64,000 nucleotides of DNA from a candidate division WOR-3 bacterium (GTDB taxonomy: Bacteria > Hydrothermota > Tepidihabitantia > Tepidihabitantales > Tepidihabitantaceae): positions 10,491-74,490 of the forward strand of contig JBBISL010000003.1 of NCBI GenBank assembly GCA_037441285.1. Direction: 5' to 3'. Each line of letters starts with the position of its first letter. Within the stretch, counting starts at the first letter, position 1. Below, piece after piece: positions 56,338 to 64,000 of the stretch. A model generated the notes under the pieces. That model saw nothing but the letters and a program-made list of their open reading frames with translations. It was not told the DNA's origin and did no database searches. Both the position numbers and the translations under genes were made by a program.

Positions 56338-57657
56338 ATGAAGACGATTTCAACAGTCCGCAGGAAACGAACGATGCTGCCAAAATCGGTCGGAAACCAA
56401 AAACGGCGGAGTGTATATGAGGATGTAGTTACTCAGTTCAATCGCGCCGCCGACATAATGAATCTGGACCCCGGGGTGCGTAAAATTCTCGGGACGACGA
56501 TGAACGAAATCGTGGTTCACTTCCCGGTCAAGATGGATGATGGTCGGATTGAGGTGTTTACCGGTTACCGGGTTCAACATAACAACGCCCTTGGTCCATT
56601 CAAGGGTGGATTGCGATTTCACCCGGCAGTGGATATCGATGAGGTTCGAGCACTGGCGACCTGGATGACCTGGAAGTCGGCAATTGTAAACATTCCGTTC
56701 GGTGGTGCCAAGGGTGGCATTCAACTGGACCCGTCTCAGTACTCTTTCTCGGAGCTGGAACGGATAACGAGGCGCTTCGCATTTGCTCTGGGGAATACAA
56801 TCGGGCCGGAGTATGATATACCGGCACCGGATGTCAATACCAATCCGCAAATCATGGCATGGATTCTGGATACCTACCAGTCGATGATGCCAGCGTATGA
56901 GCGTCAGCGGTGTCTGCATGTTGTGACCGGGAAACCGATTGAATCAGGCGGCAGTGTCGGACGGGATAAGGCGACCGGTCAGGGGGTAGTTTTTCTTATC
57001 CGGGAGTGGGCAAAAGACCACAATTTTGACCTAAACGGTGCGACATATATTGTTCAGGGGTTTGGCAATGTGGGTTCCTGGGCGGCACGGCTGATGAAAC
57101 CCCTCGGCTCGAAGTTGCTGGCGGTGGAAGATGTGACCGGTGCAATTGCCAATCCCGATGGAATTGACCCGGTTGATTTGAATGCCTATGTTCAGCAACA
57201 TGGTGGGGTTAAGGGATATCCCAAAGCGATGTCAATTAGCCACAGCGAGTTCCTCGGTACAAAGGCAGATATATTCATTCCCGCGGCTCTCGAAAACCAG
57301 ATTACGGAAGAAACAGCGCCGATGCTCAATGTGAGACTGGTTGCTGAAGGGGCAAATGGTCCAACCAATCCTGAGGGTGATGCGATACTGGCGAAACGCG
57401 GTATTGATGTGCTACCGGACATTCTCTGTAATTCGGGCGGCGTGATTGTTTCCTATTTTGAATGGTTGCAGAACAAGCGCAGCGAGTACTGGGAGTTGCA
57501 AGAAGTTGATTGCAAACTTTACAAGAAGATAGTTCCAGCGTATCATCGGGTAAAAGAGGCAGCAATGAAGTTCGGAGTGGACTGGCGTACCGCAGCGTAC
57601 ATTGTTGCCCTAACTCGCTTGGAGAAGGTCTATAAGGAACGCGGGATTTTCCCATAA
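56338..57657 (+). CDS. gdh: Glutamate dehydrogenase (420-aa type Glu/Leu/Phe/Val dehydrogenase)
   Basis: KGGLRFHP and GGAKGGI motifs and a Rossmann GFGNVGS. An RBS AGGAGG precedes the start. Confidence 0.85.
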   Translation: MKTISTVRRKRTMLPKSVGNQKRRSVYEDVVTQFNRAADIMNLDPGVRKILGTTMNEIVVHFPVKMDDGRIEVFTGYRVQHNNALGPFKGGLRFHPAVDIDEVRALATWMTWKSAIVNIPFGGAKGGIQLDPSQYSFSELERITRRFAFALGNTIGPEYDIPAPDVNTNPQIMAWILDTYQSMMPAYERQRCLHVVTGKPIESGGSVGRDKATGQGVVFLIREWAKDHNFDLNGATYIVQGFGNVGSWAARLMKPLGSKLLAVEDVTGAIANPDGIDPVDLNAYVQQHGGVKGYPKAMSISHSEFLGTKADIFIPAALENQITEETAPMLNVRLVAEGANGPTNPEGDAILAKRGIDVLPDILCNSGGVIVSYFEWLQNKRSEYWELQEVDCKLYKKIVPAYHRVKEAAMKFGVDWRTAAYIVALTRLEKVYKERGIFP

Positions 57658-57673
57658 ATTAGCGACCGGGGTA

Positions 57674-57710
57674 AAGCCACGCCCGAAGTAACGGGGCGTG
57701 GCTTTTTTTA
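57674..57710 (+). terminator. Strong rho-independent terminator
   Basis: AGCCACGCCC-GAAGTAAC-GGGGCGTGGCT followed by TTTTTTT. Confidence 0.7.
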
Positions 57711-57756
57711 TCCGGGTCAGGGTTGACTTTGGTTCTAAGAATAGTAGAAGGTTTTA

Positions 57757-58287
57757 GTGGTGTGGCACAGATTGCTGATTGCGGCGGGCATAACAGTGCT
57801 GGTTGGATGTTCAGTTCTTTACACCGGTTCGCCGCGTTATGGTCGAGGGCGTCGGGAACGAAAGGAAAAAACACAGCCGGCGCAAATAGCACAGAAACAT
57901 CCGCTCGAGGAGAGAAAAGGAAAACTACCCTGGCCGGTTTCCGGTGTTGTTGTCGGGCAATTTGGGGTTCAGGTTGAACCGAAGTACGGCACAAAGACAA
58001 AAAATTCCGGGATTGATATCAGTTGTAAGAGTAACAGTACGGTGCGGGCGGTTGGGAAGGGCAGGGTGAGTTATGCCGATTTTTTTATGGGGCAGGGGTT
58101 GATGGTGATTGTGGAACATGGCGGCGCGTATCATTCGATTTATTCCCGGCTGATTGAGTTGAAGGTCCGTAGCGGTGACGAAGTTGTTCCCGGTGATACA
58201 ATCGGAGTGAGCGGTGATGTTTTGCACTTTGAGCTGCGGATTGGAGGTAAGGCGGTGGACCCGCTGCAATGGTTAGAGAAAAAATAG
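57757..58287 (+). CDS. M23 family metallopeptidase, lipoprotein
   Basis: Lipobox LVGC. The M23 core is GIDISCKSNSTVRAV...HGGAYHSIYSRL...GDVLHFELRIGGKAVDP. Confidence 0.7.
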   Translation: MVWHRLLIAAGITVLVGCSVLYTGSPRYGRGRRERKEKTQPAQIAQKHPLEERKGKLPWPVSGVVVGQFGVQVEPKYGTKTKNSGIDISCKSNSTVRAVGKGRVSYADFFMGQGLMVIVEHGGAYHSIYSRLIELKVRSGDEVVPGDTIGVSGDVLHFELRIGGKAVDPLQWLEKK

Positions 58288-58329
58288 TGTTGACATCTAA
58301 TTGGGATACGGTGTAAGATAAGGTGGTTT

Positions 58330-59334
58330 ATGAACACTAACCAGGCAACCGAAAATGTTGTTAGAGTAAAATTGATGCCGCCCTGGTCCTGGGTCAGTTA
58401 TGTCGGCGCAGTAACCAGTGTTTTGCGGACACGGGGGGTGAAGTGCGATTTTACCGATGTTGCCGGGATGAGCGGCTACGCATTTGTCGTTAATATCGAC
58501 CCGGAAATTTTGCCAACCGGTCCGGTTGCCTTTGACTGGGAGGTGCTGGTGGAAGGGACTCAGGCGCTGGGAGTTGAGACTGAGTTGGTGGCGGTGGAAC
58601 GAGGCGCAGATGAGTCCGAGTTAGAAGTTGAACTTTTTGAACGGGTGCGGGCTGAGATTGACGCCGGAAGATGTTGCATCGTCTGGGGAGCAGGAGAAGC
58701 GCCCGCGTTCGGTATCGTGTACGGCTATCGGGGCGACTCTTATTTAGTACGGTCATCAAGGAGCAGTCGGGGCCGGGAAGAGGAAAAACTTTTAGGACCG
58801 GATGAGGAACCAGAACCGCCCATTCGGTTTGACAATCTCAAGGCACCGTGGCGGCTGGCAGCGTTGTTTTTTGGCGAACGGATTAAAACCGATACCGAGT
58901 TTCAGGAACGCCAGGCGATAAGCCGGGGCGTAAAGCTGCTGCGGGGTCAGCATGCCTGTTTTGATACCAATTACTATTATGGGGCGAGTGCGTTTCGGAG
59001 CTGGGCGGATATTCTAAAAAGAGGCCGAGCCGACCCGGTAGGTAATGCATTTAATCTGATGTGTTACTGGGAACTTCAGATGTTTGCGGCCGGTTTTTGT
59101 CAGCGGCTGGTTAAAAAGTGGAAGAGTGCGGCCGGGGCGCTAAAAGAGGCGGCAACCTTTTTTCAGGGCTCGTTAAAAAATCTTGAAATGTTGAAAAGCC
59201 AGTTGCCATCTCGGATTGAAACCGGGCTTGAAGAGTGGGTATCCGCCAGCAACGCAATCACTCTTCTCCGGGAGTGCGCTACGCTGAATGAAAACGCCGC
59301 ATCGGCTTTAGAGCGGGCACTTGGTTTGATGTAA
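58330..59334 (+). CDS. Hypothetical protein
   Basis: 334 aa with no confident motif. It may be a BtrH_N/peptidase-C39-like fold, which is speculative. Confidence 0.35.
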   Translation: MNTNQATENVVRVKLMPPWSWVSYVGAVTSVLRTRGVKCDFTDVAGMSGYAFVVNIDPEILPTGPVAFDWEVLVEGTQALGVETELVAVERGADESELEVELFERVRAEIDAGRCCIVWGAGEAPAFGIVYGYRGDSYLVRSSRSSRGREEEKLLGPDEEPEPPIRFDNLKAPWRLAALFFGERIKTDTEFQERQAISRGVKLLRGQHACFDTNYYYGASAFRSWADILKRGRADPVGNAFNLMCYWELQMFAAGFCQRLVKKWKSAAGALKEAATFFQGSLKNLEMLKSQLPSRIETGLEEWVSASNAITLLRECATLNENAASALERALGLM

Positions 59335-59377
59335 AGTGGTTAAAAGATGATGCCCGGCAGGTGGGGTTCGAATTGAA

Positions 59378-60241
59378 TCAGGACTTACTTGCGACCAGAT
59401 AGATACCGGTGCCGATGAGTAGGCCGCCGGCAAGTTCCAGTGGCGTGGGTGGTAGGTGTAAAAGAAGGGCAGAAAGGATGGTAGTGCCGATTGGTTCGCC
59501 AAGAATGGATATTGCAACCACCGGCGCGGGAAGGTACTTCAGCGCCCAGTTAAAACTGGTGTGACCGAGAATTTGAGGTCCCAGGGCGAGGAGGAGGACA
59601 AGTAGATAGGTTTTCATCGGGTAGCCCAGAAGCGGAGTTCGGCTGACAAGGGCGAAGAGAAGAAGAAGCAGCGCGGCGATGGTGTAAACCGGATAGATGT
59701 AATTGAGCAGGGACAGTCCACGCCGGAGTTTTCTCCCTAAAATTACATAACAGGCGGCACACAACGCGCCGCCCAGCGAGAGGAAATTACCCGTGGTGAG
59801 GTTGGTCGATTTCAAAGTCGGTCCGGCAATAAGTATGGCGCCAAGAAGCGCGATAAGGATGGCAAACCAGCCCCGTAAGGTCAGATGTTCTTTAAGAAAT
59901 ACCGGGGCAATAAGGGCGACAAAAATCGGGTTCATCGCCACCAGAACGACTGAGCTGACCACCGTGGTGTGTTTGAGCGATTCAATCCAGAGGATAAAGT
60001 GGCCCGCAAGAAAGAAGCCAGCAAGAAGCGCCCAGCGCCAGCGTGCCGGGGTGAGTTCATTGCGATAGGTGCGAAGGTTTTTGATGAAGAAGGGTGTGAG
60101 AATGATGCTGGTGAACAGCATCCGACCGGCGGCAATCATCGGGCTGGGAGCGAGTGTAACACGAATGATTATTGAGGCAAAAGAGGCGACCCCGATACCG
60201 AAAAGCAGGACCAGGAAGATGCGGGCACGAGATACAGGCAT
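59378..60241 (-). CDS. EamA/DMT-family transporter
   Basis: 287 aa, 10 TM, with a two-EamA-domain architecture. Confidence 0.7.
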   Translation of the reverse strand: MPVSRARIFLVLLFGIGVASFASIIIRVTLAPSPMIAAGRMLFTSIILTPFFIKNLRTYRNELTPARWRWALLAGFFLAGHFILWIESLKHTTVVSSVVLVAMNPIFVALIAPVFLKEHLTLRGWFAILIALLGAILIAGPTLKSTNLTTGNFLSLGGALCAACYVILGRKLRRGLSLLNYIYPVYTIAALLLLLFALVSRTPLLGYPMKTYLLVLLLALGPQILGHTSFNWALKYLPAPVVAISILGEPIGTTILSALLLHLPPTPLELAGGLLIGTGIYLVASKS

Positions 60242-60849
60242 TGAAGTAGTTTTGCCTTAATTTTTTATTTGTCAATAATATGTTCCAAACCGAATAGGTT
60301 AAGATAATTAGCCGCTTTTTCTGAGATTAACCTATCAAATCGCCCAGTTCTATTGGAAATTGCCCTTTTCCCAGCAGTTTTTAGTTCTGCATATCGTTAT
60401 ACAATTAGAGCCCAACGCCGGGGCTGATTAACGCTTCTCATAATTCCTTGAAAAACTGGAGGATAGGAATTGGGGTACTATCCCCGTAACGACCCAGGGG
60501 GTCGTCTCCTACACCGTACTCCCTTTGCCTCTAACTTTTACACTCTTCTTGCATTTTCAATCACTTTTAATATCTATTTTATTTTGAGGGGCGGTTTGTC
60601 TTTCACAGTGAAGAGGTGCCCAGACCATGGATATAGAGGTATTTTAAGTTTCAGATTGTGGTGCCGGTATCCGCGTTCCGATGGTATAATGAGTCAATAT
60701 TACCAACAAGACGGGGTTATAATCTTCCGGGCTTCTGTGATTATGCTTCGCCTTTGAACCCGGGAAGCAGAGGTTGAACCTACTTATACATAGGGCGGTA
60801 GATTTTAAGAGGGTTATGTTGCAATTCAGAGCCGGTTTTATATATTTTA

Positions 60850-61803
60850 TTGGTGCAAGCCCTAACCCTGTTTTTTGTGGTTGTCGCCGATTTGGGCTGG
60901 CTTGGTCCTTCGGCAACCGGTTTCACATTTATGAAAATTGGGGTAGGGGCGAGGCCAACCGCATTGGGGCAGGCATTTACCGCAGTTGCGGATGATGTTT
61001 ATTCCCTTTTTTACAATCCAGCAGGACCAGCACTGGAGCGAAAGTTTGATGCGGGTTTAACTTTGTGCGAGATGTTGCAGGGTGTTTCTTATGTTTCCGG
61101 CGGGGTTACGGTGCCACTGTTCAAGCGGCTTGGTTTTGGACTGGGTGCTGGGTATTTGAATGCGTTTGATACCCGGCGGAGTGAACTGGGTGAAGAGCTG
61201 GGAAAGTTCAGTTTGAGCGATTTGGTTGTGGGTCCTGGTGTCGCCTGGCAGCCGATAAAAGCGGTTGCATTAGGTGCGGGTGCAAAGTTTGTTTACAGTC
61301 GGCTGGACTCTTTTGCCAGCGGCGCGGTGTCTTTTGACGCCGGAGCACTGTATCGACCATTGCGTTACATCACCCTGGGGGCAAGTTTGCTTCATATTGG
61401 AACACGGCGCCGGTTTATTCAGGATTGGGAGTACCAGCCGGTTAATTTGCGTGCGGGTGCCTGTTTTAAACTCCCGTTCGATAAGAATTACATTCTTGTT
61501 GCGGGTGATGTCTCTGCCTATCCAGATTACGGTCCAACGGTCGGACTGGGTGTTGAAGGGAAACTGGATATGCGTGCACTGGGTTCAAATCAGACCGGCG
61601 CGGTATATTTAAGAGGCGGGTATCAGTCGGGCGGACACCTTGGCACCTGGTCCGGTTTTTCGTTTGGTGTTGGTTATGAAACGGTTTTAGCCGCTAATTT
61701 GACAATTTTAGTGGATGCGGTTTATCTCTCTTATGGAATTTTAGGGGATGCGCAGCGGGTTTCTATCGGTTTGAGGTGGGTGCCGAAGTCGGGGAAATCG
61801 TAG
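60850..61803 (+). CDS. Outer-membrane beta-barrel protein, FadL-family-like (PorV/PorQ-like candidate)
   Basis: The N-terminal signature GARPTALGQAFTAVADDVYSLFYNPAG resembles the FadL/OmpP1 family. It has an alternating beta-strand pattern and an aromatic C-terminus. The start is uncertain. Confidence 0.4.
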   Translation: MVQALTLFFVVVADLGWLGPSATGFTFMKIGVGARPTALGQAFTAVADDVYSLFYNPAGPALERKFDAGLTLCEMLQGVSYVSGGVTVPLFKRLGFGLGAGYLNAFDTRRSELGEELGKFSLSDLVVGPGVAWQPIKAVALGAGAKFVYSRLDSFASGAVSFDAGALYRPLRYITLGASLLHIGTRRRFIQDWEYQPVNLRAGACFKLPFDKNYILVAGDVSAYPDYGPTVGLGVEGKLDMRALGSNQTGAVYLRGGYQSGGHLGTWSGFSFGVGYETVLAANLTILVDAVYLSYGILGDAQRVSIGLRWVPKSGKS

Positions 61804-63967
61804 GCGGAATTCTCATAGTGATGCCGCCCGTGGCGCGGGTGTTAATATAGCTAATGCCGCTTGTGGTAAGAAGTGATTCCAGTCTTGCCGGGGTTGGATA
61901 ACGCCCCATTACAACAACATATTCGGGCTGGAGGAGTTCAAACAGTTGCTTTTTATTTCCTTTACGACTGCCATGATGGGGCGATTTCAACAGGTTGACC
62001 GTGCCGCTTAGATTGACCGGATGAAGGACTTCCGGGAATTCACAGTCGCCGGTGAAGAGCATCTTGAAACCGTTTTGTTCAATCCTGGTTACGATTGAAA
62101 TCGGATTGGCAGGTATGAGTTTTCTTGAGTAGAACCATTGAGTAACTGCATCGGGCCAGAGGATGTCAACTTTGTAACCAAAGCCGACAAGGGTTGCGCC
62201 TTTCCCGACAGCAACGATTTTTGTGCCCGACTGTTGCAACCGGCGCAGCAGGGTTTGATAGAGTTGGTCACCTTCTAATGTGGGTACAAGCAGGAGGTTT
62301 ATCTTTTGGGTTGGTTCAAGGTCAAGAAGACCACCGTAATGGTCCCGGTCAGGATGGGTAATCAGGACGGCATCAAGACGTTTAATACCACGGGAGAGAA
62401 GAAAGTCGCGCAGTACATCGGTGTTGTCAATGCCGGCATCGATGAGCAGTTTTCTTCCCCGATGGTCTTCAAGGAGCGTGGCGTCACCGCGACCGGGGTC
62501 AAGGAAGGTTACCTGTGGTTTGGGGTTGTTAAGGGCACTTTTCCATATAAGGAGAGTTAATCCCGCAATCAGGCTGAGGCGGAGCGCGGTTTTTGCCCAA
62601 TTTTTTCGGTAGTTAAGGCTGAGCAGAATGAGCCCGTAAAGGTAAAACACACCGAACCAGGACAGTTTGCCGGGTTCAACCATTGCCCATTTCAAGTTCC
62701 TGAATAGATTGGTAATTGAGAGCATTAACTGGAGCAGAAAACGGAGGGTTTCGGCGAGAAGGGCGGCAATTGCTGGAGTGATAAGGTTGACAAAGGCGAG
62801 CAAAAAGCCGAGCGGGAGAGTGACAGTTGTCAGAGGGACAAGCAGGATGTTAGCAAGAAATGTTAAAGGCTGGAATCGAAAGAAATGGTGGAGTAAAAGC
62901 GGCGCGGTGGCAAGCGTTGCGACGACTGAAATAAGAGTTGGGCGGATAAACCAGTTTTTCAGGAGGTGCGGGACGGTGACTTTTTTGAGCAGACTTTCCA
63001 GTTGGGGAGGGATAGTGATAAGACCGGCAGTGGCAGCAAAGGAAAGTTGAGCCCCGGGGTTAAAAAGGGTAAACGGGTCTAAGAGGAGAAGAATGATGCC
63101 AGAAACCGCAAGGCTGGAAATAGGGCTAACGCGGCGCTGAGTCGGGCTACTCAAAAGGGCCGCCCAGGTCATAAAGCCGGCACGGACTGCAGATGCCCGC
63201 CAGCCCACGACAAGGATGTAGAAAAAAGTTCCAACAGTCAGGAGCCCGAACCGCCACCAGCCCCGAATCCACAGTACATTGAGCAATAGCCACAGACTGA
63301 AAACGACGATACTGACATGGAGCCCGGAAACCGCCAGAAGGTGTATCGTTCCGGTGTCTGACATCGCCTTACGGACCGTTTCCGGCAAACCGGACTTTTC
63401 TCCTAAAAGGATAGCCTGCAGGAGTGCACCTTCGGTGCCACCAATACGACGATTAAACAGATTGAACAGATATCTTCTTGCCGGCATAATCAGTTGCGTG
63501 ATTAGTGGGCTGCCATGGTTGCGGCTGATGATTTTCATTGCGCCGAATTTTACCGTGGCGCTGCCCACATACCCTTGTCTAAAAAGAATTTTGTTGTAGT
63601 CAGCGAGACCCGGATTACGGGGAAATGAGAACGGTTTGATCTTTGTCCTGAGCAGAAGCAGGTCGCCATAGTGTACCCTACTTAATGAGTCTTTAAAGAA
63701 GAGCGATACTTTTCCGGAATAAGGGGGAAGGAGGACACCAGTTGACCGACCGGTAATTAATGGTTCCTCAGTGATAAGGACTTTAAATGTGGATGCGCTG
63801 TAGGTGCGGGAAATCGGAGTTTGAGGCGAGCGGCTTTGGGCAAATACAAATGCAGCAGCGGTTAGCGTGAGATATAGTGAGAATTTTTTAGTCCATCGTG
63901 TTAGTATGATGCCGAGGAGTGCCGGGGCTAATGCTGACCACCAGGTGAGAAGCGATACCTGACTCAA
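61763..63967 (-). CDS. comEC: DNA internalisation competence protein ComEC/Rec2 (competence domain plus metallo-beta-lactamase domain)
   Basis: Contains LAVSGLHVSIV and the MBL motifs LITHPDRDHYGGL and HHGS. The N-terminus may extend beyond the window edge. Confidence 0.85.
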   Translation of the reverse strand: MSQVSLLTWWSALAPALLGIILTRWTKKFSLYLTLTAAAFVFAQSRSPQTPISRTYSASTFKVLITEEPLITGRSTGVLLPPYSGKVSLFFKDSLSRVHYGDLLLLRTKIKPFSFPRNPGLADYNKILFRQGYVGSATVKFGAMKIISRNHGSPLITQLIMPARRYLFNLFNRRIGGTEGALLQAILLGEKSGLPETVRKAMSDTGTIHLLAVSGLHVSIVVFSLWLLLNVLWIRGWWRFGLLTVGTFFYILVVGWRASAVRAGFMTWAALLSSPTQRRVSPISSLAVSGIILLLLDPFTLFNPGAQLSFAATAGLITIPPQLESLLKKVTVPHLLKNWFIRPTLISVVATLATAPLLLHHFFRFQPLTFLANILLVPLTTVTLPLGFLLAFVNLITPAIAALLAETLRFLLQLMLSITNLFRNLKWAMVEPGKLSWFGVFYLYGLILLSLNYRKNWAKTALRLSLIAGLTLLIWKSALNNPKPQVTFLDPGRGDATLLEDHRGRKLLIDAGIDNTDVLRDFLLSRGIKRLDAVLITHPDRDHYGGLLDLEPTQKINLLLVPTLEGDQLYQTLLRRLQQSGTKIVAVGKGATLVGFGYKVDILWPDAVTQWFYSRKLIPANPISIVTRIEQNGFKMLFTGDCEFPEVLHPVNLSGTVNLLKSPHHGSRKGNKKQLFELLQPEYVVVMGRYPTPARLESLLTTSGISYINTRATGGITMRIPPTISPTSAPTSNR

Positions 63968-64000
63968 TGCGATACCGGTTGTAATGGCAACCAGTGCCCG

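Noticed and set aside
59340-59380. GGGGTTCGAATTGAATC resembling a tRNA T-arm
   Set aside because: No acceptor stem, D-arm or anticodon arm can be built around it.

Overview
This is a 64 kb chromosomal window of about 55-58% GC, densely coding on both strands. I found no mobile elements, CRISPR arrays or tRNAs. Two secreted proteins carry Por/T9SS-type C-terminal sorting domains and the SRP RNA is the long Bacillus-type form. Together with a class III ribonucleotide reductase and an energy-converting hydrogenase, this suggests an anaerobic member of the FCB superphylum or a related candidate phylum.

The centrepiece is a roughly 14.6 kb, 16-gene, translationally coupled operon (18449-33089). 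It encodes an AsrA/AsrB (HydB/HydG)-like NAD(P)H/FeS module, a compact Mo/W-bisPGD oxidoreductase, a HycB-like 16-Cys ferredoxin, a complete group 4 [NiFe] hydrogenase core (NuoH-, NuoB-, NuoC-, NuoD- and NuoI-like) and a full Mrp-type cation/proton antiporter module with three antiporter-like subunits. In outline this is a formate-hydrogenlyase/Mbh-Mrp-like respiratory complex with an unusual electron-input side.

Housekeeping content is as follows:
- recR (partial), dnaX, and the SRP RNA directly upstream of dnaX.
- A TtcA-like PP-loop enzyme and a PMM/PGM.
- A stand-alone EF-G.
- A radical-SAM (TIGR03960/TIGR03936 fusion) gene followed by RNase G.
- nrdR and nrdD, with an NrdR box and three tandem DnaA boxes upstream.
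- thiL, then tsaC followed by a long-form greA.
- A tandem-domain thyX, NADP-type gdhA, an isolated dnaN and tmRNA.
- A sigma-54 two-component pair whose sensor kinase is disrupted.
- A sigma-54 promoter driving a small tandem Cys-rich protein plus a second GDH.
- An M23 peptidase, an EamA transporter, a FadL/PorV-like outer-membrane protein and comEC.

Other notable items:
- A four-gene membrane operon of unknown function sits next to a Wzi-like outer-membrane protein.
- A T9SS cargo gene has a sharply low-GC N-terminal domain.
- A structured, terminator-ended RNA candidate lies at 33.3 kb.
- There are remnants of an mscS-like gene.
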